A stretch of DNA of 64,000 nucleotides. It comes from a virus. The notes below the pieces were generated by a model. That model was given only the letters and a program-made list of their open reading frames with translations, searched no databases and had not been told where the DNA came from. This document shows positions 51,015 to 60,331 of this stretch, piece after piece. The stretch covers positions 4,181 through 68,180 of IMG/VR virus record IMGVR_UViG_3300031237_000001; one strand, given 5' to 3'. Numbering within the stretch: position 1 is the first letter of the stretch; every line of letters begins with the position of its first letter. Position numbers and translations under genes: made by a program.

Positions 51015-53513
51015 CTACACCACGCTTCTATCGTCCACTGAAATCCAGCCGGCCGTCCCGTCACAGTCCACGAAGAGTTCCCAGACGCCGTTGTCTCCCG
51101 TCGCAGTAGGGGTCGCCCCGGTCAACTGCTCCCACGTTTGCAAGCCAGCCGTCATCGTGTCGATAACCGTGTCCGAGTTGACGCCAAGGGCTGGGTTGGC
51201 CCGCAGAACCAGCCGGGGCTGATTGCCATTGTAGTCCGCGCCGCCCGCGTCACTGACGCCGCTTTTACGGACGTAGATGCTGACCGTGCGGGTACCGCCG
51301 CTCGTCGCCGTAACGCGCCACGGCCCGCTCTCCATCTTCTTCGAGGCGCTCAGGGGCGTCACACGCTGCGACGGAGAAGCGGTGCGGAAGATGACCGAGT
51401 CTATCTGCCTCGTCCCCATACCGAGGTGCCGTCGATGAGACCCGGCGGTCTGCTGCCACTTCTCGTGCGCTAAGTAGCTCGACCCCTGCATACTGGACTG
51501 GTTCAGAATCGGCGTGGCCGACGCCAAGTTGCAGTTCTCAAACGTGATGAGTAAGACAGATTTTTCAATCGCGTTGAAGTCTTGCGTATGTGCCGTCTTG
51601 ATCCCCGAGACGACGCCGAAAGTTGAGTTCCGAATCTTCAGGTTGACAAGGTTCTGCCGCGCTCCGCTGAAGTCGATGCCTGTAGCCGTTGCAAAAGACG
51701 TATCCCCCGAACTTACAATGCCGTCCCAGATACAATCTTGCAGGTAAGAAATGGTAGCAGCCGTGAAGAAGATGTTCGCCGTCGTATTTCCGAAGAGAGT
51801 CACCGTCGTCAATTGCTGCCGGACCCAGTTCATGCTGCCTTGGAACTGAATGCCATAAGAAGCATTGCGCCAAATAGTCAGGGTTGACAGCGTAGCTCCA
51901 GTGATAACGGAGCTGGCCGGAGGGTTGAACGACAGTCCTATACCGGAGTTCGAGTGAATCACGTTGTTGCTGAACGCGGTCTGTAAATCAGCGGCCAGAT
52001 AGATGATGCACGCATCGTTGCACGACGAGAGCCTGTTTCCAGTGAAAGTCCCGATGGCTCCATTTGAAATAGCAATGGCGCCGTTGAAACCGCTGCCGTT
52101 GTCGGTTCCCATCGCGGTGTTATTCGTGAAGGACCACCCGGTCGAGGTCGTGCCCCAGAAGGCGATGAAGTGCGTCGCCTTGTAGAACACACAGTTGTCC
52201 ACCGCCCACGTGCCCGTCTTCGCCCCCGCATCTACCAGGAAGCCCGAGTTATTGACGCGGAAGTCATGGATCGAGCAGTACGACAGGCTAAAGGTTCCCG
52301 AAGTCGTCTCAGTATTGATACCTCGCTTGTCGGTCGTGCTCGACCCCATGAAGGTGATCTCGACGTAGGCTGCGGTGAAGGACGCGGTCGCCTTGATTCG
52401 TATGTACCCCTGGAGCGTCGCCGACTCTCCGGTAATGACCACGTTCCGTGTCAGGTTGACGACTTCGGCCTGTGTCGGCGAGGTCCCCGAGTGCGCGTTC
52501 GTCAGGCCCGCCGCTAGCGTCACCTGAACGCCTGAGTCCACCGTTTGAATAGCCTTGGTCTCGTACTGACTGTAAGTCCGCGTCGTCGAAGCGAAACCGA
52601 GTACATCGCCCGCCGCCCAGTCGGTAGTAGCCGCCACGTCGATCACCGTAGAGGCCGCCGCCTCATCCGCGGTCAGCAGCGTGGAGACGACCGTTTTCGT
52701 CGCCCCACGCGCCTCGAAGGTCCCGCCGTTCTCGATGACGAGTCCCGAGTCCACGTTCGTCGTGCAGTCGAAGCTGAGAGTCGCCGAGGACGTGGCGGGC
52801 ATCGGAGTGCCGGACGTGCCCTGTTGCCACGTGCCGCCCCCGAAGATGTTCACCAGACCCGCTACCTTGAGCACGTAAGCTGTAGACGCCGTCGTGCCCC
52901 AGAGGAGAGTGCCGCGAACGCCGACGCCGACGGAGGAAGTCGCCGCAACGGTGCCGAAGGTAGTCGTCGCAGTGTTGTCCATCGTTACGGTGAAGCTATT
53001 ACCCGTGCCCGCCCCAGTCAACTCGCCGTTGATGTAGAGGAGATCGGCCGCGCCCGGGGCCGCCGTCGTCGTCGTTCGAGGGATGCGGAACCAGTTGCCC
53101 GCCGTTCCGTCCCGGTAGAAGGCGGCGTTGTTCGCCGAGGACGCTTTGATACCGATCTTATAGTCGGCCCCGCCGTCTCCGGTCAGCGTGGACGGGAAAA
53201 GAAAGAAGTGGGTCGAGTCGTCTGCTGACAGGTCCGAGGCGTTGACGGTGACCTCCTTCGTGGCCGTGACGCCGTTGTCGTCGGAGATGGCGATGGTGAT
53301 CGTGCCGGTCGTATTCAACCGGCGCCCGTAGAGAACGACGCCGTCGATCACGTCGAGGTTCGTGACGGTGAAGGCGGACGAGTACACGTAGGAGCCGGTC
53401 GTATTCGTGCTGGCCGACCGCGTCGTCTGGATAGCGGCGGCCCCAGCTTCTCCTACGCCCCAGGTGCCGGCGGCGGTGAAGTTCCCCGTCGCTTTGCTGA
53501 CCAGCGTAGCCAT
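51015..53513 (-). CDS. tail spike with right-handed beta-helix (pectin-lyase-like)
   Basis: AEVVNLTRNVVI followed by N/T/S/G-rich parallel beta-helix repeats. Confidence 0.7.
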   Translation of the reverse strand: MATLVSKATGNFTAAGTWGVGEAGAAAIQTTRSASTNTTGSYVYSSAFTVTNLDVIDGVVLYGRRLNTTGTITIAISDDNGVTATKEVTVNASDLSADDSTHFFLFPSTLTGDGGADYKIGIKASSANNAAFYRDGTAGNWFRIPRTTTTAAPGAADLLYINGELTGAGTGNSFTVTMDNTATTTFGTVAATSSVGVGVRGTLLWGTTASTAYVLKVAGLVNIFGGGTWQQGTSGTPMPATSSATLSFDCTTNVDSGLVIENGGTFEARGATKTVVSTLLTADEAAASTVIDVAATTDWAAGDVLGFASTTRTYSQYETKAIQTVDSGVQVTLAAGLTNAHSGTSPTQAEVVNLTRNVVITGESATLQGYIRIKATASFTAAYVEITFMGSSTTDKRGINTETTSGTFSLSYCSIHDFRVNNSGFLVDAGAKTGTWAVDNCVFYKATHFIAFWGTTSTGWSFTNNTAMGTDNGSGFNGAIAISNGAIGTFTGNRLSSCNDACIIYLAADLQTAFSNNVIHSNSGIGLSFNPPASSVITGATLSTLTIWRNASYGIQFQGSMNWVRQQLTTVTLFGNTTANIFFTAATISYLQDCIWDGIVSSGDTSFATATGIDFSGARQNLVNLKIRNSTFGVVSGIKTAHTQDFNAIEKSVLLITFENCNLASATPILNQSSMQGSSYLAHEKWQQTAGSHRRHLGMGTRQIDSVIFRTASPSQRVTPLSASKKMESGPWRVTATSGGTRTVSIYVRKSGVSDAGGADYNGNQPRLVLRANPALGVNSDTVIDTMTAGLQTWEQLTGATPTATGDNGVWELFVDCDGTAGWISVDDRSVV

Positions 53514-54650
53514 CTATAACGTCCTCGTGCCGCTGAACTGCAAGGAGATGATGTCGGCCGATTCGGTCGCCAGCGTGTCTGAGCCAGAGGAGCCGACGCG
53601 CCCGAACTTCCAGACGAGCTCCTGCCCGGCGGTCAGCCCCGTCAGGTTGCTAATCGTAATCGTGGACTTCGTAACGGGCCGCGTCGCCCCGGCTAGGACG
53701 GCGGCGACCACCGTTTGCTGCGCGTTGAAAGCCGGGTCGTACGTCGCCGAGTCCCCCGCCCCTGCGACCTGCACGCCCCACACTACGTTCTTCGTATTAT
53801 CATTCGTCGCATTTCTCCATCTTATGTCCAGCGTCAGGTTGCCGCCGTTCCACCCGGCGGGCAGGACGAAGTGGTCCTGCACGTAATTGTCCGCGCTCTG
53901 CACGAACTGCGCCACGGTCAGGTCGGTGTTGACCAGACCAGCGATACGCGATGCCGTCGGGGACGTAGCCCCGGAGGGTATCGAGAAGGCCAGAGAGGAG
54001 GTCGCGTCCTGTGTGACGCCGGCCCGGTAGTAGAAGCTGAAGGCGGTCGTCGTCGCCGGTGCCGATCCTGACGAGGCCGCGGTCAACCGTCCTTTCGCGT
54101 CTACGGTCAAGGAGGAGTACGTGTAGCTACCTGGTGTGACCGCCGTGTCGTTAAGTGAGATAGCAGGCGTTGCGCCGCCGGTCGAGGCGATAGGCGCAGT
54201 TCCGGTCACCGAGGTCACGGCAGCGGCCCCCGAGGAAGCGGCGGTCAAGCGGCCCTTGGCGTCTACCGTAATCGACGCCAGCGTGTAGCTGCCGGGGGTG
54301 ACCGCGGTGTCGGCCAAGGAGATCGCAGGAGTCGAGCCGCCCGAGGAGACGATAGGAGCGGTGCCTGTGACGCCCTGAACGAGCAAGTCCAGGGAACCGG
54401 CGGTGAGAACGTGCCAGACATCGGCTCCCGAGGAGTGAGCGGCCCCGGTCGTTCCTTCTATCCCGCGTGTCAGAGACGAGAAGGTTGTACCGGCGACGGC
54501 CCCGACGAGGATGTACTCAGTGCCGATGATGATGCGGAAGTTACCCGTCGTGGGAAAGAGGGCGGCGGACGCGACGACGAGGCTGGTCGCCCCGGCCGAG
54601 ACATCCGAGGCCAGCGTCGTGTGACTTTGATTAGCCCACTTCTCAGCCAT
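53514..54650 (-). CDS. tail fibre protein
   Basis: Two copies of VTGTAPI.S.GG.TPAISL.DTAVTPGSYT..S.TVDAKGRLTAASSG. Confidence 0.75.
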   Translation of the reverse strand: MAEKWANQSHTTLASDVSAGATSLVVASAALFPTTGNFRIIIGTEYILVGAVAGTTFSSLTRGIEGTTGAAHSSGADVWHVLTAGSLDLLVQGVTGTAPIVSSGGSTPAISLADTAVTPGSYTLASITVDAKGRLTAASSGAAAVTSVTGTAPIASTGGATPAISLNDTAVTPGSYTYSSLTVDAKGRLTAASSGSAPATTTAFSFYYRAGVTQDATSSLAFSIPSGATSPTASRIAGLVNTDLTVAQFVQSADNYVQDHFVLPAGWNGGNLTLDIRWRNATNDNTKNVVWGVQVAGAGDSATYDPAFNAQQTVVAAVLAGATRPVTKSTITISNLTGLTAGQELVWKFGRVGSSGSDTLATESADIISLQFSGTRTL

Positions 54651-54664
54651 TTATCTACCTAGCC

Positions 54665-55309
54665 TCACGGATCGGTCACATTCGGCAGAACGATCAGGTA
54701 GCCGCGCCGGATCGTCTTATTCTTCCCTGCCGCAGTCGTCGCCCGCACCGCGTAGTAGAGACGAGTCCGGTGGTTCGGCAGAGATGCAGTGGACGCCGCC
54801 GGTATCTCCACGGTCCCTTCGCCCGCCGTCGCCGAGGTAATAGTGACCCCGCCCAGTGCAGAGTTGTCGAGACGGATGACGGCGGAAGCGTCGGCGTCGA
54901 AGGTCTCGTATTTGGCGGTGAATCGAACTGTGGCGCCGGTCAAGTCGAACGCGGCTCCGTTCAATGACGCGACGAAGTCGAAAACGAAGTCGTCTTTCCG
55001 AACCATTACGAGATTCACGCCAAAATGCTCCCTTTGATAGATGTTGCCCGTCGGATACGGCCAGATCGGCGGGAAAGGCGGGTCCTCTCCATCCGGTTCA
55101 TCGGTCGTCTCCGGTTCTATTGTCTCATTGAAGAGACAGTCACTCCACGTGCTCAGAGTCAGCGCCGGCTGGTAGCCCCCGACGATCCACGACTTACCCT
55201 GCATCGTGACGCCGCCGAAACCGGCCATGGTAAAAGTAGACGCGGTAAGGATGTCTACCCAGTCGCCGATCCCGCTCGTTCTAAGCGGGTTGAAGGTTGC
55301 CGACGGCAT
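54665..55309 (-). CDS. structural protein with BppU-like Ig domain
   Basis: D...F......G.AFDLTGATVRFT...G...V.IPA..T..L....YY pattern. Confidence 0.6.
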   Translation of the reverse strand: MPSATFNPLRTSGIGDWVDILTASTFTMAGFGGVTMQGKSWIVGGYQPALTLSTWSDCLFNETIEPETTDEPDGEDPPFPPIWPYPTGNIYQREHFGVNLVMVRKDDFVFDFVASLNGAAFDLTGATVRFTAKYETFDADASAVIRLDNSALGGVTITSATAGEGTVEIPAASTASLPNHRTRLYYAVRATTAAGKNKTIRRGYLIVLPNVTDP

Positions 55310-55318
55310 CTCGTCACC

Positions 55319-56800
55319 CTACGGGACAACGAGGAGCAGGGAACCTTCTGCGCCGTTAGCTCCCGTGTTGTTATCCGTGTAATTCCACCAGTTCTTGGAG
55401 TCGAAGGACCCGGTCAGGTCCCTTGTCAACGCCTTCCTCACCGTAACAGCATCCCAGAGCTGGCCGATCATCCAGAACTGAGCGGCGACGGCGGTGGACC
55501 AACCGATGAGAGGCTCCGAGACGACCGCCGTCTGGTTGAACCACAGGAGCTCGTCGGCCATGTCGTTGCTGACCGCCTGGACTGGGACGGCGAGCCGTAT
55601 GTTCCCGGTCCCGGTCGTCCCCGCCGTATTTTCCACCGTCGAGGAGTTCAGGATGTAGTGGTTCTCTGCGTCTCGGGCATGAAGTTGGTTGCGGAAGGAT
55701 CGGACGCCCGTTGTGGAGCCGACCATCCAAACTGCGTTGTAAATCTCGTAGCCGTCACGAGCAACGCGGCCTCCAGACGTGTACGCCCCGTTCCCTACGG
55801 AACCGTCGATGGTGAAGGTCGTCGCACCCGTGACCGTAATCGCGTTCGACGTAACATTCGCAGCCGTATTTCCGCCGACACCCCGGATCGTGACGATGTA
55901 CCCGGTCGAGTACCCGTGGGCGGCGGAAGTCGTAATCTCAATCGGCGTGGCGTTCGTCGCGCCCGTAACCGTCTTCGGCTTCTGGAAATCGGGCAGCCAC
56001 GGGACGCCGCCGTGCCCGGCCCCGAACTGTGTAGTACCGACCGCGTTATCCTGCGTGAAGAAGAACTGGTACTTATCAGCGATGATACGCATGTCGATGC
56101 CGCTTCCCAGAAGCCGCATCCCGTAAGTACCGGAGCTGTTGTTCGTCGCCGTCGCCGCATCGGGCGGCGTGTGCGTTGAGACCGCGCCCTCCTCGTTGTA
56201 GAGGATGATCCGAAGCCCATCGTAGTTCGGCGCTCCCGTAGCAGTCTCATGAAAGACGTACATCTGCGTGCGCATCAACTCCGGCGTCAAGGCGCTCAGG
56301 AACTTGTAACCGCCGAAGAGAAGGTCTACGTTGGTGAAGCTCAGGGTGGCAAAGGAAGCCTGAGTACAAGCAAGTCCATTGGCGGCCGGCCCGCCCGTCT
56401 TCGCTCGCACGTCCAGGGTCGTCGCCGTTAGTCCGTACGACTCAATCGTAGGGTGCAGCGTCGTCGCCGTGGAATAGGCCGTTCCCGAACCGGCACCGAG
56501 AGTAATCGCAGCGTGCAGGTTCGACAGGGAATCGGCAAGGGAGACGCCCCGGGTAACCTCCCCGTCATTCGCATTGTTAATCGTCGTCTTGAACGTGTAG
56601 GTCTTAGCGTCGAGCGTGACCGTTGAGGTGTCCGGGGGATCGCCCGTGCCAGTCAGGCGGTTCAGTGCCTTGACCGCCTCCGTCTGCGTCCAACCGGCGG
56701 CGAGCAGAGTCGTGCGCCAGTTCTCTACGGCGGCTGTCCTGGACGCTACTGCGACGTAGAGATCGTTCCGATTCGTACCTCCGGCGTATTGTATGGCCAC
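55319..56800 (-). CDS. tail fibre/spike protein with E1-FCCH-like domain
   Basis: VTGATNATPIEITTSAAHGYSTG...V.GNTAAN...GNGAYTSGG; T-rich. Confidence 0.65.
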   Translation of the reverse strand: MAIQYAGGTNRNDLYVAVASRTAAVENWRTTLLAAGWTQTEAVKALNRLTGTGDPPDTSTVTLDAKTYTFKTTINNANDGEVTRGVSLADSLSNLHAAITLGAGSGTAYSTATTLHPTIESYGLTATTLDVRAKTGGPAANGLACTQASFATLSFTNVDLLFGGYKFLSALTPELMRTQMYVFHETATGAPNYDGLRIILYNEEGAVSTHTPPDAATATNNSSGTYGMRLLGSGIDMRIIADKYQFFFTQDNAVGTTQFGAGHGGVPWLPDFQKPKTVTGATNATPIEITTSAAHGYSTGYIVTIRGVGGNTAANVTSNAITVTGATTFTIDGSVGNGAYTSGGRVARDGYEIYNAVWMVGSTTGVRSFRNQLHARDAENHYILNSSTVENTAGTTGTGNIRLAVPVQAVSNDMADELLWFNQTAVVSEPLIGWSTAVAAQFWMIGQLWDAVTVRKALTRDLTGSFDSKNWWNYTDNNTGANGAEGSLLLVVP

Positions 56801-56837
56801 TACCTAGCTCCTTTCCGCGCCAGCCGCGGGACCGAAG

Positions 56838-57077
56838 CTAAGCGGGAGCCCCGGACGCAGCAAGCCGGTTGTACATGGCCGCAGAAGCGGCCGCGATGGC
56901 GGTCTTCAGGTTGGTCGTGGTCGTGTCGCCCGAGCCGCTGTGCGAGTTCTCGATCCAGGGCATGCTCACCGAGGTCGCTCCCGAGCCCATCGTCAAGTCA
57001 TTCGCCGTCGAGACACGGACCACCGGCGTCCAGACGCCCGCATTGTAAGTCAAAGCCAAATTGAAGCCTACTGCCAC
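56838..57077 (-). CDS. small hypothetical protein, first gene of the late arm
   Basis: SD AGGAGG before GTG 57077. Confidence 0.55.
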   Translation of the reverse strand: MAVGFNLALTYNAGVWTPVVRVSTANDLTMGSGATSVSMPWIENSHSGSGDTTTTNLKTAIAAASAAMYNRLAASGAPA

Positions 57078-57186
57078 GATGATACCCTCCTGCGGGCGTC
57101 CGAAATCGCCCTGCACCCCTATGCTACTATCGGGGTGACGGGCGGTCGTCCCCTGGCGGTGATGCCTCCTCGTCCAAGGAGGTTAA

Positions 57187-57564
57187 GTGTCGCTGTCAAA
57201 AGGTTTACGGGCGCCCCGACAGATCCCGCCGGCCCGCGGGGAGAAGGTCAAGTCCTCGAAGCTCCTCGAAGAGGACATCCGCGGCATACGGATGATGCAC
57301 GCCGACGGGTACAGCCTCGGGTACGTCGCCAAGTGCTACGCGGCCTACAAGGGTTTCAAGATCTCGAAGCAGCAGATTCACCGGATCGTCAAGGGCCAGC
57401 ATTGGGACCACGTCAAGGACAGGTTTCGCTTCGTGGACGTTCCCGGGCCGGCCGCTTCGTCCGAGGTGCGCTTCGATGCGAGCGGTCCTCCCAACGTGTC
57501 GCTGACCGGGAACGCCAGCGTAACCCCGGAAAATAAATCTGTGGAAAACGCCGTTTCGACGTAA
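57187..57564 (+). CDS. helix-turn-helix DNA-binding protein
   Basis: IR.M...GYSL..VAK.Y....ISKQQIHRIVKG..W.HV; SD AAGGAGG; divergent from the late arm. Confidence 0.65.
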   Translation: MSLSKGLRAPRQIPPARGEKVKSSKLLEEDIRGIRMMHADGYSLGYVAKCYAAYKGFKISKQQIHRIVKGQHWDHVKDRFRFVDVPGPAASSEVRFDASGPPNVSLTGNASVTPENKSVENAVST

Positions 57565-57761
57565 CCTTTTGCCTCCGGGAAGCGTCCTAAGGAGCGTAGG
57601 ACGACGAAGCGACGACGCCGAACTCTGTCTACGACAGACCTCCCCGGCCCCTCCCGCTTTAGGCTCCGGGGCCTCGGTCGCTCGCCGAGACCAGGGGGGC
57701 AAGCCCCCCGACCTCTGAACTGACCCGTCGACACCCCCGTCGACGCCCCCGCAGATTTACC

Positions 57762-57790
57762 TTGACTTCCTCCCCGTAACCTGCTAAGCT
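57762..57790 (+). promoter_or_regulatory. sigma70-type promoter
   Basis: TTGACT-17 bp-TAAGCT with extended TG; ATG 6 nt downstream. Confidence 0.7.
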
Positions 57791-57796
57791 ACCTTC

Positions 57797-58018
57797 ATGG
57801 CACTTCGAGATTCTGTAGGGACCGAGCCGCTGCCTGAGTGGCTAGCTTCCATTGAAAGCTACTTGGCGACGTTCGCGGAGGATGAGCCAGACATGACCCG
57901 TCTCCTCGAACTGGCGAAGGCGCAGCGGGAGGCGCTGGCCGTCCTGTTAATGTATGCTGATGGCGCAGAACCGCTAGCCTATGACCGCGCCCGGCGGCTG
58001 TGGGAGGGGAAGTCATGA
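57797..58018 (+). CDS. small hypothetical protein
   Basis: Directly after the promoter. Confidence 0.6.
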   Translation: MALRDSVGTEPLPEWLASIESYLATFAEDEPDMTRLLELAKAQREALAVLLMYADGAEPLAYDRARRLWEGKS

Positions 58019-58371
58019 CGCACCTGCGGGCCGAGGCGGAGAAGGTGGCGCGGCGTGTCTTGCACGTCCTGCATCTTATTCCTGACCACATGAGTTATGA
58101 GCAGGATTTAGCGGAGACAGCGGAAGTCATACTGGACTTCGCCCAGAAGCACGCCGCCCAAGCCGTGAAGCGGGCGCGGCTGGAGGGGCGCAAAGAACAG
58201 GAACTAGTGCTGGATGATGTCCGTCGTGAACTGATTGCGATCCATAGTCGTATTGATTTAGGGCAGCGTGAATCCGCCATGAGCCTTGTAGGACTGGCGG
58301 TAACGACTATTGACGTGGCAGCGGAGAAGCTCCGCGCCGAACTGGGCGCCCTGGAGCGCAACGACCCATGA
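58015..58371 (+). CDS. hypothetical helical protein
   Basis: SD GGAGG; ATGA coupling. Confidence 0.6.
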   Translation: MTHLRAEAEKVARRVLHVLHLIPDHMSYEQDLAETAEVILDFAQKHAAQAVKRARLEGRKEQELVLDDVRRELIAIHSRIDLGQRESAMSLVGLAVTTIDVAAEKLRAELGALERNDP

Positions 58372-58547
58372 AGACGCCTCCCCTAGCGCGTAAAGGTCCC
58401 CTGGAGACTAAGCAGGCGTGGATGCGCGGCGAGGTCGACGAGGTCCGGCGCCCTGTAGGACGGCCCAGGAGACCGGCTGAGCCCGCCCCCTGGTCCGAGC
58501 AGGTCGAGCGGTATACTTCTCTAATCTTCTTCGGTGTCGAGGAACGA

Positions 58548-59003
58548 TTACTTCCCTAGAAGGTCTGCTCGTATCTTCATCAACAGTTTTCCCAAACGGT
58601 TCTCCCCGAGCCACGTCCAGCCGTTGTTCGTCCACATTTTAACGGAGCCCCAGTACTTGTCGCCCCAGGAGTTCCCCTCGATCAACTCAGCCTCACCCGT
58701 CGCCTTCAACTTCTCAGCGAGTTCTCCACCCGGCGCGAACTTTTGTCGCAGTAAGCCCTCCATAACTTCCAGGCGCACGTCCATCCAATCTGGCCGCTGT
58801 TCAACGCGCCGACCCCGCCGCTTTGCTTCTCCCGGCGTCTTCGCGCCTTCTATGAACATCCGGCCCACATCATCCGCCGCCTTCGCCGCTTGGTAGGCGT
58901 GCTCCACAGTCGGGAAGACGTACCCGACATACTGAACCTCGGCCAGCCAGAAGTTGCTCAACCATCTGTACTCGCCATGGAAACTCGTTATCTGGTTACT
59001 CAT
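58548..59003 (-). CDS. NADAR (YbiA-like) family protein
   Basis: LSNF, FPTVEHAYQAAK, AK..GR, W....VM......KF, LIE....D.YWG, G.N.LG.LLM..R. Confidence 0.9.
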   Translation of the reverse strand: MSNQITSFHGEYRWLSNFWLAEVQYVGYVFPTVEHAYQAAKAADDVGRMFIEGAKTPGEAKRRGRRVEQRPDWMDVRLEVMEGLLRQKFAPGGELAEKLKATGEAELIEGNSWGDKYWGSVKMWTNNGWTWLGENRLGKLLMKIRADLLGK

Positions 59004-59064
59004 AGTCGATACGTCTCTCTCATCTTCTTCGGCGTTGACCGGCCGCGCCAACTGGGGGCTAAGA

Positions 59065-59421
59065 CTACTCGTCGTCGTTCCCGCCAAGCGGCGTTCCCCA
59101 CAGCGTCTTCACACCCTTCTTCGCCAAGTTGCGTTGCAGGTCCACCCACTCGTCCCAGTCTTCCTGTTCGCCCAGCCGCTTCAGGACCTCGTCGACATCG
59201 TCGCAAACGTCCCCCATGTGATCGCACAGAGTCAGGCTCGCTATGAAGCTCAGTAGGAGATCCCGGCTCTCCTGCGCAGCCTCGTCAAGCGCGGCCTCGA
59301 TCTCCCGGGCCGCGTCCTCCACGTCGCCCCGGCACTTCAGCCGAGGGTCCTGCCCCTCTACGTCGCAGTATCGACAGTGCCAGGCTTCTGCCAGCTCTCG
59401 CGCCTTCTCCTTGTGGCTCAT
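59065..59421 (-). CDS. hypothetical protein
   Basis: SD GGAGGAGG; coupled to the methylase stop. Confidence 0.6.
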   Translation of the reverse strand: MSHKEKARELAEAWHCRYCDVEGQDPRLKCRGDVEDAAREIEAALDEAAQESRDLLLSFIASLTLCDHMGDVCDDVDEVLKRLGEQEDWDEWVDLQRNLAKKGVKTLWGTPLGGNDDE

Positions 59422-60323
59422 GTCTCCTCCTCCGTTTCCGTCCAGGCCCGGATCACTTCCGCCGCGATTTGCGGGACGATGGCGTTTCCGAGGGCGCGTA
59501 GTTTAGCCACTCGACCGGGAACCCCATGAGCCAGGAGACGAACTCCGGGTTTAACGCGCCGGTACTTCCCTTGCGGGTCTGGTCCGATGAGCGCATAGTC
59601 GTCCCAAGTTTCACGTAAGCTACGTTCTCCAACAAGTTCCCTCTCTTCCGATCCCAGTGATCCCCCATTCCGGTAGTTGGATTGGCACTCAGTTTCTCCC
59701 CGTTGCTGGTCGGCGTCGCCCACCCGCTCAAGTCGTGTGCTACTCCAGCCAGCGTCAAGCCGTGTGTCTCCCCGTGGCTCGGCGCCGACTTGGTGTTGCG
59801 ATTCTCGTTTGGACTGCTTCGAGGTGTAGGCCACCCAGTAGAGCCGGTTCCGTCTGTGGGGCGCTCCGACGGCGCAAGCCGGCAGATCGAACGCCCGGAC
59901 GGCGTAACCTTCCCTCTCCAGGTCAGCCGCCACTCCATCGAGCCAAGCGTACCCAGCCGCGCCGCTAACCTGCTCACCGCACAGTCTGACAGGTCGGGCG
60001 GCTTGGACGAGTCGATGAAAGTCGGGCCATAGATGCCGTTCATCCAGGGTTCCTTTTCTACGACCCGCGACCGAGAATGGCTGGCACGGGCACGAGCCCG
60101 TCCAGATGGGCCGGTCGTCCGGCCAGCCCGCGAGTCTGAGTGCTGCGGACCAGCCGCCGAGTCCGGCGAAGAGGTGGACCTGTCGATAACCTCTGACATC
60201 ATCGGGCGAAACCTCCTTGATCGACCGCTCATCCACGTCCCCGGGCGCGATCAGACCCGCTTTTATCAAGTTTCTGAGCCACTGGACGCAGTACTGGTCG
60301 ATCTCGTTGTAGTAAGCGGCCAT
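59418..60323 (-). CDS. C5 cytosine DNA methyltransferase, alpha-like chain
   Basis: YYNEID, LFAGLGG, GSCPCQPFS, GEQV, VGAPH.R.R.YW, LRALGNAIVP. Confidence 0.9.
   Translation of the reverse strand: MAAYYNEIDQYCVQWLRNLIKAGLIAPGDVDERSIKEVSPDDVRGYRQVHLFAGLGGWSAALRLAGWPDDRPIWTGSCPCQPFSVAGRRKGTLDERHLWPDFHRLVQAARPVRLCGEQVSGAAGYAWLDGVAADLEREGYAVRAFDLPACAVGAPHRRNRLYWVAYTSKQSKRESQHQVGAEPRGDTRLDAGWSSTRLERVGDADQQRGETECQSNYRNGGSLGSEERELVGERSLRETWDDYALIGPDPQGKYRRVKPGVRLLAHGVPGRVAKLRALGNAIVPQIAAEVIRAWTETEEET
59453..60232 (-). CDS. nested out-of-frame methyltransferase partner (beta-like chain; start uncertain)
   Basis: Alternative frame stays open for 259 codons with GWPTP repeats and motif IX-like LNPEFVSWLMGFP.EW. 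Confidence 0.7.
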   Translation of the reverse strand: MSGRSRRFRPMMSEVIDRSTSSPDSAAGPQHSDSRAGRTTGPSGRARARASHSRSRVVEKEPWMNGIYGPTFIDSSKPPDLSDCAVSRLAARLGTLGSMEWRLTWRGKVTPSGRSICRLAPSERPTDGTGSTGWPTPRSSPNENRNTKSAPSHGETHGLTLAGVAHDLSGWATPTSNGEKLSANPTTGMGDHWDRKRGNLLENVAYVKLGTTMRSSDQTRKGSTGALNPEFVSWLMGFPVEWLNYAPSETPSSRKSRRK

Positions 60324-60331
60324 TTCCAGAT

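Noticed and set aside
55025-56179. Long + strand ORFs opposite late genes (also 44784..45626, 48178..48921, 40346..41041, 29656..30399)
   Set aside because: Antisense shadows typical of high-GC coding DNA; R/P-rich with no motifs.
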